From Candidatus Latescibacterota bacterium (GTDB lineage: Bacteria; Latescibacterota; UBA2968; GCA-2709665): a stretch of 64,000 nt of DNA. Positions 56,500 to 64,000 of this stretch are shown in pieces; position 1 is the stretch's first letter, and each line of letters begins with the position of its first letter. A model generated the notes under the pieces. It worked only from the letters and a program-made list of their open reading frames with translations. It was not told the DNA's origin and made no database searches. Position numbers and translations under genes: made by a program. Location of the stretch: positions 1,018,816-1,082,815 of the forward strand of contig OZ240239.1 of assembly GCA_965198095.1 (NCBI GenBank). The letters are read 5' to 3'.

Positions 56500-59328
56500 C
56501 TAACGGATTTGAAGCGTGAACAGCCTGGCCTTTTCGAGGGCGAGTCTGAATTTCAGGACGCGGCCGGAGTGTTCGGAGAGTCGGCGGCCGCTCCAAGACG
56601 GTTTGTGGTCAACCTCGTCTCCGAAGAACGGATCGGAGTCCTCGAGCGTGTATCCCCTGACGGGCGTGCCGTCCTCGTCCTGAAGCTCCACGCGAATCCG
56701 CCCGCCCGATTCGACCTGGGCGTTGACGAGGAGATCGGTGCCGTCAAACCGGATCGGGTGGGTGGTGAGCTCACCGGCAACGTCCAGCGGCGCCGCGTAG
56801 GCCAGTCGTCCGGGTCGGATGCGGGTAAACATGGGAAAAGAGCAGTTGGACATTCCGTGTCGCCACAGGTTTTCCCAGCTGACGAAGAAGGGCGTCTCGC
56901 TGTAGTGGGGGAACCGGGCCTGGAACGCTGCCAGTGTCGGATACCGGGTCGCCGTGGTGTGATTGTGGTGGGCGTTTCTGGCCTCGTTTCGGAGCAGCCA
57001 GACGTCATTGCCTTCATCGTCCTTGGCGGGCAGATAACTCCGTGACTGGAAGTACATGATATAGGGGAAATCGCTGTTCTCCTCGCCGGGCTTCACCAGC
57101 GGGGCCCGGCGATGGGTGAAGCGGTGCCAGTGAAGGAGGTCCCGCGACCACATGAGCTCCGGGTACTGAATGAGGTGATCGGTCGGATAGCTCCTGAGCT
57201 CGGCGACGTAGACTTCGCCGCTGTCGACGGCAACGCCCGCGGTCGCGGTCGTGCTGAGCACGGAGCGCCCTTGCTCGGCGGCCGGCAGGTCGACGATCAT
57301 CCCCATGTTGTAGAACTGCATCCCCAGGGGGTCGAACTCATCGGTGCCCACGCAGAACCGTTTATGGAAATGGATTCCGTCGTCGGTCCAGATGACCGCG
57401 AGGTGGCGGAGCGGCCCCTGGTGGTTGTCCCACGGCATGCACTGAGGCGGGTACGGCGGAGAGTTCGGACGGTAGTACCAGAAGACGGTCGACTTGTCCC
57501 GGAGCTCCACTTGATGGCGAATGGTCTCGCTGCTGTGCATCAGGTCCATTCCGGGCCCGAGATGGATGAGGGGTCTGTTGCTCAGGAACTGGTATTCGTT
57601 GTCCCCTTTGTAGACCATCGGATAGTAGCTTTCCGCTACCGGCCTGAATCCCAGCGTCTCCCTGGAGGCCTCGAAGTCGTCCGGCCAGGCAAAATCGACC
57701 TTCGGGTTGTGGCCGCCCGCGATGAAGCCCATGAAGACCCTGTCCATGTCCACCGGCCCGTCCCTCTCGGGATCGTAGACACCGAACCTGTAGTTCGACG
57801 TGTTCACGCCGAGCGTCATGGCCGAGGTGACGTCTTTCGGAGGTTCCGTCCGGGTCAGATCCTCGAACGTTCCCAGGATGTTGTTGGCCTTCGAGCCGTG
57901 GAACTCAACCCTTCCCAATTCCGGTTTCTCCCAGTGGATCCCGTCTTTCGAAGTGGCCAGGCAGACGTAATGAGGGCGCTGCAGGTCTTCCGGGTAGAGC
58001 TCGAAGACCTGGGCCGCGGATTCGTCGATCCCTTCGGGAGGGGGGAGGCGGCCGCCCGGCAGCACACCGGGAACGGCGAGCATCAGATGATCCGTGTTGC
58101 GCTCCGCCTCCGGCCTCGGGTCGTTGAGGATGGCATAGCCGTGATCGAACGGCGTCCCGTCGTAGTCGAACTCCTTGACCGATGTTCCGGCGTCGAGCAA
58201 CCTTCGAAGGAGCTTTCCGTATCCGGTGCCGAGCGGATCTGTCTTTTCACCGGAGGCTGACGTCCGGCGTAGGGTGATCGGGAGTGCTTCATCGCCCTGA
58301 ATCCAGTCTCCGGACGGCGCTTCGGAACCGGTTTCGTCCTCGCTGCTTGCGAGATCATCCGCCAGGACGTGCCATCCAAAGGCCTTGCGAAAGGCGTGGG
58401 GGCGGTACATGGCTCGTTCGAAGCCGTATTCCATCTTGAACAGGCCTTCCGATTCATCGAACGCCGTCGACGTCGTCCACATCATCTCGAACTCCCAGGG
58501 TTTGTCCTTGACGATCGCGGGCCCGTTTTGGCCAGGATCGTAGCTCATCGGCCAGAAATCGATCCCTTCGGACGCCTCGAACAGCCAGTCGTCGACCATG
58601 TATTGGAGGGACTGTCCCAACCGGAGCGGCGGCTCGGGTTGCACATCGGGCCCGATGACTTCCTTCCAGAATTTGCGGACCATGCAGGGTCCGAACGGCC
58701 GGCCGTCCTCCAGGAGCCGGATGCGGATCCAGTACTCGCCGCGGTCCCAGCCGGCGTGGTTGAACGTGAGGGTCTGACGCGCTTCGGTCAGGTCCAGGTC
58801 GACCGGCTCCACGAGGGATTCCGACCCCTTCCGTTCCGTCACGTCGATGCGGACCCGGCACGCAGGGACCCGCTCCGTCTTGAGCCGGATCGTGAGCGGG
58901 ATTTCATCGTAGTCGACGCAGACCGGCCTGAGGGGTGCGCATTCGATAAAACCGGGTGGAAAGTCGTGCCGAAGCCGTCCCTTTCCACTGTTGGCGTAGA
59001 ACGCATCCTGATCCAGGTCGGCGGACTCGGTGACGATGGATGATCCGTCGTTCAGGATCGAAACTTCAAAGGTCGTGACCCCCATCTCGTAGTGCAGGGA
59101 GGATGCGCGTCCCTCGATCTGTTCCCAGGCACCGTCATCCATCAACGGGTACCGCATCCTCACTTCGGCGCGTTTTCCGTCGACCTGAAGGTCGCCGTCC
59201 ATCTCCAACGCGTACCCGCTGGGCTGCGTGACCTTCACTCTGGCGGAGAGCTTTCCCCAGTGACGTGGATCACCCGGCAGCTGGAGCTTGAGGACCTGCG
59301 TCGTGTAGTCTGCCTGAATCACCTGCAT
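56500..59328 (-). CDS. Large (942 aa) hypothetical protein with glycoside-hydrolase-like beta-propeller blades and a C-terminal beta-sandwich
   Basis: Blade-like motifs CLATSKDGIHWEKPELG and AVIWTDDGIHFHK. A GH32/GH43-type C-terminal tail GGRIRVELQDEDGTPVRGYTLEDSDPFFGDEVDHKPSW...LSEHSGRVLKFRLALEKARLFTLQI. Antisense ORFs 56218-58260 are rejected. Confidence 0.4.
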   Translation of the reverse strand: MQVIQADYTTQVLKLQLPGDPRHWGKLSARVKVTQPSGYALEMDGDLQVDGKRAEVRMRYPLMDDGAWEQIEGRASSLHYEMGVTTFEVSILNDGSSIVTESADLDQDAFYANSGKGRLRHDFPPGFIECAPLRPVCVDYDEIPLTIRLKTERVPACRVRIDVTERKGSESLVEPVDLDLTEARQTLTFNHAGWDRGEYWIRIRLLEDGRPFGPCMVRKFWKEVIGPDVQPEPPLRLGQSLQYMVDDWLFEASEGIDFWPMSYDPGQNGPAIVKDKPWEFEMMWTTSTAFDESEGLFKMEYGFERAMYRPHAFRKAFGWHVLADDLASSEDETGSEAPSGDWIQGDEALPITLRRTSASGEKTDPLGTGYGKLLRRLLDAGTSVKEFDYDGTPFDHGYAILNDPRPEAERNTDHLMLAVPGVLPGGRLPPPEGIDESAAQVFELYPEDLQRPHYVCLATSKDGIHWEKPELGRVEFHGSKANNILGTFEDLTRTEPPKDVTSAMTLGVNTSNYRFGVYDPERDGPVDMDRVFMGFIAGGHNPKVDFAWPDDFEASRETLGFRPVAESYYPMVYKGDNEYQFLSNRPLIHLGPGMDLMHSSETIRHQVELRDKSTVFWYYRPNSPPYPPQCMPWDNHQGPLRHLAVIWTDDGIHFHKRFCVGTDEFDPLGMQFYNMGMIVDLPAAEQGRSVLSTTATAGVAVDSGEVYVAELRSYPTDHLIQYPELMWSRDLLHWHRFTHRRAPLVKPGEENSDFPYIMYFQSRSYLPAKDDEGNDVWLLRNEARNAHHNHTTATRYPTLAAFQARFPHYSETPFFVSWENLWRHGMSNCSFPMFTRIRPGRLAYAAPLDVAGELTTHPIRFDGTDLLVNAQVESGGRIRVELQDEDGTPVRGYTLEDSDPFFGDEVDHKPSWSGRRLSEHSGRVLKFRLALEKARLFTLQIR

Positions 59329-59435
59329 TTGGATCCTCCCGTACGTGTGCGGTGCGGTTCATCCGACGTTCCCCATATCAAGTTCATAAAGGCTTCCATA
59401 GTGGCGCCCAACGATCGTGCTGCCGTGATCGAGCC

Positions 59436-60254
59436 TCAATCATTCGGCCTTTGCCCCACGTAGAGGATGTGTCTGGACGAAGCCACCATGCTTTTTTCTG
59501 CACTGATTTCGAATAGCAGATCCAACCAAAGGTCTCTTTGTCTCCCTTCAAGTGCGTTGTAGCTCTCGTCGTCCGCGGAGATCGCCGGCTCGATACCTGC
59601 AATCCTGAGGGTGCGGAATCCCGCACGCTCGTGCAGGGGGGCGATCTCGTCCAGCCGGACAAAATAGCCTCGGAAGCCACCCCTCGGAGCATCAGCCGGG
59701 CGGTGGCCGTGTCTGACCAGCGACCGAACCTCTTCCCGGTTCTCGATCCACGAAGGGTCTTTCTTGATGAGGTTCCCAAAATTACCGAATCTGGAAACCA
59801 GGGCAGAGAAGATCACTCCCCCCGGTTTCAGGCAGGCATAGGCTGATCGCAGGGCTGCCGTACGGTCGGTTTCAAGCACGAGATGGTACAGAGGACCCAT
59901 AAGGAGAGCCACCTCGAACTTGCCACGCGGAATCCCGTCCAGCTTGCGCGCGTCGCCGGTCCGGAAATCAATCTGATCAGAAAGGTCAAGCGTTTTCGCC
60001 TTCGCCCTGCATCGGGTCACGCACTCGTCGGCAAGGTCAACAGCCGTGATCCGGTAGCCTCGCGCTGCCAGAGGAAAGGTGTAAGACCCCGTGCCGAAAC
60101 CAACCTCGAGGAGCCTGCCGTGAGGCGGCAGGTACAGATTCAAGTAGCGCCAGATGATATCGGCTTCGAGTTGGTGGTACTCCAACCTGTTTGCCTCCGC
60201 GTCCCAGACGGCGTTGTAAAACTCGCGTATGTCTGTCAGGTCGTCCATGGTCAT
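59436..60254 (-). CDS. Class I SAM-dependent methyltransferase
   Basis: LEVGFGTGSYTFPLAARGYRITAVDLADECV (motif I). Confidence 0.7.
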   Translation of the reverse strand: MTMDDLTDIREFYNAVWDAEANRLEYHQLEADIIWRYLNLYLPPHGRLLEVGFGTGSYTFPLAARGYRITAVDLADECVTRCRAKAKTLDLSDQIDFRTGDARKLDGIPRGKFEVALLMGPLYHLVLETDRTAALRSAYACLKPGGVIFSALVSRFGNFGNLIKKDPSWIENREEVRSLVRHGHRPADAPRGGFRGYFVRLDEIAPLHERAGFRTLRIAGIEPAISADDESYNALEGRQRDLWLDLLFEISAEKSMVASSRHILYVGQRPND

Positions 60255-60302
60255 GCCATCCGCGCCGCAGCCAGGGCACGGTGTTCGCCTCTTGCAGCCG
60301 CC

Positions 60303-60713
60303 TTACCGACGAATCGTGGATTGACCCTGACGGGTCTTTTGGCCAGGCGGCACGTTGGCGTAGAAGTTCACGATGTTTCCGTCCGGGTCCCGAAACCAGA
60401 CGGACCGGCGGCCCCACGTCTGAGTCGTCGGAGGTTTGACGACAGGCACCTGCATGGCCTGGAGCCGGCCGTAGTGCCGATCTACGTCGTCCACTTCAAA
60501 CTCGATCGTATAGCCGCCACGCCCCGCGCCCTGCAGGCTCCCGGCTGCCATGTTCTCCATACCCTTCTCATGGAATATCGAGAGCGCTGCGCCTTCCGTG
60601 CCAAGGCTTACGAATGCCGTGTCTTCTGTTCCCTCGACGCCGAGGATTTGCTCATAGAAATCCGCCAACCGTCGAACGTCGGGCGATACGATACAGATTC
60701 CATTGAAGCGCAT
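60303..60713 (-). CDS. VOC/glyoxalase-family protein
   Basis: 136 aa with a VOC fold (IVSPDVRRLADFYEQILGV ... VWFRDPDGNIVNFY). Confidence 0.65.
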   Translation of the reverse strand: MRFNGICIVSPDVRRLADFYEQILGVEGTEDTAFVSLGTEGAALSIFHEKGMENMAAGSLQGAGRGGYTIEFEVDDVDRHYGRLQAMQVPVVKPPTTQTWGRRSVWFRDPDGNIVNFYANVPPGQKTRQGQSTIRR

Positions 60714-60769
60714 ACGGTCCCTCCGCTCAAGCCGGGCGGCGCTCGGTCGATCTCGTCACTTCATACCGG

Positions 60770-61440
60770 GAGCGGTAAATCGTTGACATCATTTCCGCGT
60801 ATGACAGGGGCGTATCGTGTCAACCGTATCGTGCGCTCCCTGGTCACTCCGGTGTGGCACCGGCAGCTTGCTGCCGGTGGGAAATGACGAGCGAATTTTG
60901 TCATACTTGGAGCAATGAATTTTTCACGGGCGGGCGAGCCGCCCGTGGCACACGCGATTAAGACCTTGTGTATTGTCGATTCGGTGATGATCAGCTGAGC
61001 ATCTCGCTCATCGGGCACTCAGGGACACGGGGCTTCTCCACTTGTCGCAATTCCTGCGACTCTCACTTCTCACTTCAAACCCGGCCCCGTTCGTGTCGAG
61101 TGCCCGAGCCTGGGGGTAGGGTGTCAACGATATCGTCAGGCAGGCCCCTCAAACGCCGGGGGGGCTCGGGCCGTGGCGACTCAGCCTCACTGGAAAGTAT
61201 TGGCGCCGCGAAAGGAATGAACTCCTCCCCCCGCCTTATGCCCGCTGCGGGACCCGCCCCCACGCCGCGAATTTCCATTCGCCCCCACATCCGCCCCCGC
61301 ACCTGACCCCGTCCCACAGAGGGCCCGGACCCCTGGGGAGAAGAAACGCCAAAGCAGCTAGGGAGCCGAAACGCCACGGCCGCGATGACATCTGGCCCGA
61401 ATCACTCGTGAAATCTGAACAATCTGCGTAAATACTGGGC
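60770..61440. repeat. Mosaic repeat copy B (T inverted, then Y, then X)
   Basis: 60770-60836 is the reverse complement of 29661-29730. 60990-61140 matches Y. 61141-61440 matches X, including ggccgtggcgactcagcctcactggaaa...gaatttccattcgcccccacatccgcccccgcacctgaccccgtcccacagagggcc. Confidence 0.7.
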
Positions 61441-61536
61441 TTTCCAGTTTTTTGCACCAGGACAAAGTTTTTTTACTCAAATTGGATCACTGATTGTTCT
61501 TCATAAAATGATGGAAATTTTCAGCAAATATTCAGG

Positions 61537-61965
61537 TTAATAACTCATATCGCTCTGACGGGCTTCCTTGTTTATGACCAGGCAACCCGCCATGATGTCG
61601 TGCAGCCCCTGTTTTCTCTTCGTGAATGCGACCATGAGAAAGCCGATGAAAATGATCAGTGCAGAGACAAACTTGCTGAAATGTCGTCCCGAAGCCTTCC
61701 CGAAGCCGATGCGAGTTCCATCGAGGTCGGTGACCTTTATCCCAAGCGCCATTTTGCCCGGTGTCGCCTGCTTGTTCGATGACTCGAAAGATGCAAAATA
61801 GATCCAGCCGACCAATAAGCTTACGACGACCGCAAGGGGCTCCAATTCTGCTTCGGCGCCATGAGGGCGTCCAAGAATGAAGCCCGCCATCATGCCGATG
61901 GCAGTGGTGATCAGACTATCGATCAGTGCCGCCGCCACTCTTTTCCAAAACCCCGCGTACGTCAT
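61537..61965 (-). CDS. RDD-family membrane protein
   Basis: The RDD motif context (GFWKRVAAALIDSLI...GLHDIMAGCLVI) and three TM segments. Confidence 0.65.
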   Translation of the reverse strand: MTYAGFWKRVAAALIDSLITTAIGMMAGFILGRPHGAEAELEPLAVVVSLLVGWIYFASFESSNKQATPGKMALGIKVTDLDGTRIGFGKASGRHFSKFVSALIIFIGFLMVAFTKRKQGLHDIMAGCLVINKEARQSDMSY

Positions 61966-62098
61966 GATGTCCCTCCCTTGTCGGGCGTGGTGTCCTTTCC
62001 TGTGTTTTTTGACAGTATGCCGATTTGGGAACCCCGCGATGCGGCGCAAACCGCGCCGTCGAGCCAAGGCGATGACTCAGCGTCGTCTTGTCTGGTCG

Positions 62099-62551
62099 CT
62101 ATCTTGTCGAGCGGCTGCCTTCCCGCTCGGACTTGGGCTTCAGAAAATGCGGGTTGATGACGAATTCGTACTTCAGACCATCCGGGTCGAAGAAGAACGT
62201 CGCATAATATCCCTCAGCGTACTCGGGGCAGTCGCAGGGTGGGTCCTCCACGACGCAATGGCCCTGCTTCTCCAACGGAACCAGGACCTCTCGGTAGAAG
62301 CGATCCACGTCGTCCCGGCTCGAGGCGCAGAAGGCCACGTGATCGTGGTGTCCGACGGCGCCCCGCACGTGGGGCACGTCCGCGTCTCTCTCATCCACCT
62401 GCCAGATGCTGATTTCGTGCGGCGTGTCCAGGTCCCGCCTGCCCCAATCCTGATGTTGCGCGTCCTCTCCGCCCAATTCGTAACCGAGATGCCGAAACAT
62501 CGCCGTGTAGAACGGAGCTGAGCGCGCCATGTTCGAGACGACAATGTTCAT
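62099..62551 (-). CDS. VOC-family protein (glyoxalase/bleomycin-resistance/dioxygenase fold)
   Basis: MNIVVSNMARSAPFYTAMFRHLGYEL ... FFFDPDGLKYEFV. Confidence 0.6.
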   Translation of the reverse strand: MNIVVSNMARSAPFYTAMFRHLGYELGGEDAQHQDWGRRDLDTPHEISIWQVDERDADVPHVRGAVGHHDHVAFCASSRDDVDRFYREVLVPLEKQGHCVVEDPPCDCPEYAEGYYATFFFDPDGLKYEFVINPHFLKPKSEREGSRSTR

Positions 62552-62665
62552 GTGATGAAGGAGTCCCCGATGTGAGCTCATTGGCGCTTCTCTCTGACAG
62601 GTTGCGGATCCACGGCGGCCTGAATCCCGGAACGTCCTGTTTCGCTCGCGATTGCCCGTATATCC

Positions 62666-63394
62666 TCACGCCTTCATTTTTTTTGCTCGAACACAAAGAA
62701 ACCAAGGATGTCGTGACAATCGTTCATAAAACGCGGGATACTGTTCCTTGCATGCTTCAGCAGGGCGGGGCTCGATCATCTTTTCGACAAGAAAACCCGC
62801 GGGGTGTAAAGGCAGGATCATCTCACTCAGGGGACGATTAAAAAACTGCACCTTGACTTTGGGCGTTCCGAAACTGCCCCATACGTCTTCGACCAGCTCT
62901 GTCTCAAAATACTTGCCCTGTTCCAATACCGAGGGGTTGAAGGGATGGTGCGTGGAAAACACCAAATGTCCCGATTCCCGGAGAATGCGGTAGATTTCCC
63001 TGAAGACGGCTCCCCAATCTTCAATGTAGTGTAGCGTGAGAGAGCAGACGACGCAGTCGAATGATTCATCCTCCAGAAAGTCGAGCGGTTGACTCAGATC
63101 CGCTTCGTAGACATCTGCGGACGTGCCCAGCCTCTCCTTCGCGATTTCCACCATCTTCGGCGTCACGTCGATGGCCGTAACGTTGGCTCCACCGGCCGCC
63201 AAAAGCTCAGCATACCAACCCGGACCGCATCCGGCGTCAAGCACGTCCCTGCCCTTCACGTCCGGAAGCAACGACAGCATAGCGGGCCGTTCGCAGTGCA
63301 CGTTATGGGGTTTGGAGTCTACGGCCGCGGCATAGCGTTCCGCCCAGCTCTCATAGGATTTTCGTCCGATCGGTCTATCATCTTTCGTATTCAT
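62666..63394 (-). CDS. Class I SAM-dependent methyltransferase
   Basis: VLDAGCGPGWYAELLAAGGANVTAIDVTPKMV (motif I). Confidence 0.7.
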   Translation of the reverse strand: MNTKDDRPIGRKSYESWAERYAAAVDSKPHNVHCERPAMLSLLPDVKGRDVLDAGCGPGWYAELLAAGGANVTAIDVTPKMVEIAKERLGTSADVYEADLSQPLDFLEDESFDCVVCSLTLHYIEDWGAVFREIYRILRESGHLVFSTHHPFNPSVLEQGKYFETELVEDVWGSFGTPKVKVQFFNRPLSEMILPLHPAGFLVEKMIEPRPAEACKEQYPAFYERLSRHPWFLCVRAKKMKA

Positions 63395-63490
63395 CTCAGT
63401 CTCTCCGTGCGCGCCCTATCCTACCCGGTCGCTTGCGCGTAACGTTTCGCCGGTTTGCGAACCCCGGGTTTTTGCCGGACACGAACAGGT

Positions 63491-64000
63491 TTATTGCGAT
63501 CTATGCTCTTCGAGCCAACCGGTCGCAAAGTCCACGACGTCCCGTTGCGGCATGAGCTGGCAGTCTGCAAGACCCACCCGGCCGCGGCGGACGGCCTTTC
63601 CCGCGTCCGATCGCAGAAAGTCCTCACCGATGCGATCGAAATCCGAGCTGTCCAGGTTGATGTCTTCAAAGGAGGTCCATCTCCTCGCACCCGACGTAGA
63701 GACCGGCGCGCCCTCCCGGACGGCGCGTTTGGCCGGGAAAGTCGCACGATATTCCGCAAGGTGCATGGACGTATTGCGTGCATGACGCACACCGAGAAGA
63801 AGAACAAAACCGTGCAAATCGTAGATTCTGGCGAGCGGCGAATGCTTGCCCAGGGCAAAGTCCAATGAATGATCGCTTATGATGCGCGACGCTCGAGGCC
63901 CGCGCGCACAAAACGAGTAGTGCGGATGTGCGCTGCGGAGAACGCCTCTCTGCTTGCGGAATGTCTCTGCGATCATACCCATGGAACGCGTGGGCGTAAG
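63491..64000 (-). CDS. AAC(3)-family N-acetyltransferase homolog, C-terminal part (gene continues past the window end)
   Basis: RSAHPHYSFCARGPRASRIISDHSLDFALGKHSPLARIYDLHGFVLLLGVRHARNTSMHLAEYRA is colinear with the AAC(3) central/C-terminal region. No start lies inside the window. Confidence 0.6.
   Translation of the reverse strand, partial: LTPTRSMGMIAETFRKQRGVLRSAHPHYSFCARGPRASRIISDHSLDFALGKHSPLARIYDLHGFVLLLGVRHARNTSMHLAEYRATFPAKRAVREGAPVSTSGARRWTSFEDINLDSSDFDRIGEDFLRSDAGKAVRRGRVGLADCQLMPQRDVVDFATGWLEEHRSQ

Overview
This is a high-GC (~65%) bacterial chromosomal window with compact coding and many long antisense ORFs that I treat as artefacts. The first ~29 kb is housekeeping. Genes there include pspA (partial), LysM-amidase, M29 aminopeptidase, a His6-type hisA, thiL, arfB, an S1-domain protein, rlpA, pyrD-pyrK, a carB split into two adjacent ORFs, nnr-acpS, two tRNA-Ser and gltX-tRNA-Gln-glnS. 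This section also holds two adjacent secreted proteins with dockerin-like Ca-binding modules. One is a YVTN beta-propeller. The other is a 1078-aa protein built from four tandem modules of plant-type leucine-rich repeats. From ~29 kb onward the window is accessory in character. A ~0.7-kb mosaic (BIME-like) repeat occurs at least three times, with sub-motifs in rearranged and inverted order. This region carries a VapBC pair, orphan HigA- and BrnA-like antitoxins, and metabolic genes (manA, an NHL protein, a C45 peptidase, rhodanese, a PhyH dioxygenase, rhlE, an HpcH aldolase, an esterase). The most unusual structure is four tandem M19 membrane-dipeptidase paralogs at 39.4-46.0 kb. They are separated by three blocks of composite tandem repeats: a ~55-bp unit with a GCCAAC-N3-4-GTTGGC palindrome and a ~155-bp unit with a 14-bp-stem hairpin. 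The block runs to a tRNA-Pro. Downstream lies a possible island with a RIO-type kinase and a low-GC two-gene cassette (Hjc-like PD-(D/E)xK nuclease plus unknown partner). It also has a DMT transporter, a frameshifted REP-associated tyrosine transposase (RAYT) flanked by inverted 22-bp REP hairpins, and several decayed genes (frameshifted VOC, truncated fabI, an SDR fragment). The end of the window holds a possible HisG-HisE fusion, two AAC(3)-family acetyltransferases, a ~940-aa glycoside-hydrolase-like protein, methyltransferases and VOC proteins. No rRNA or CRISPR array was found.
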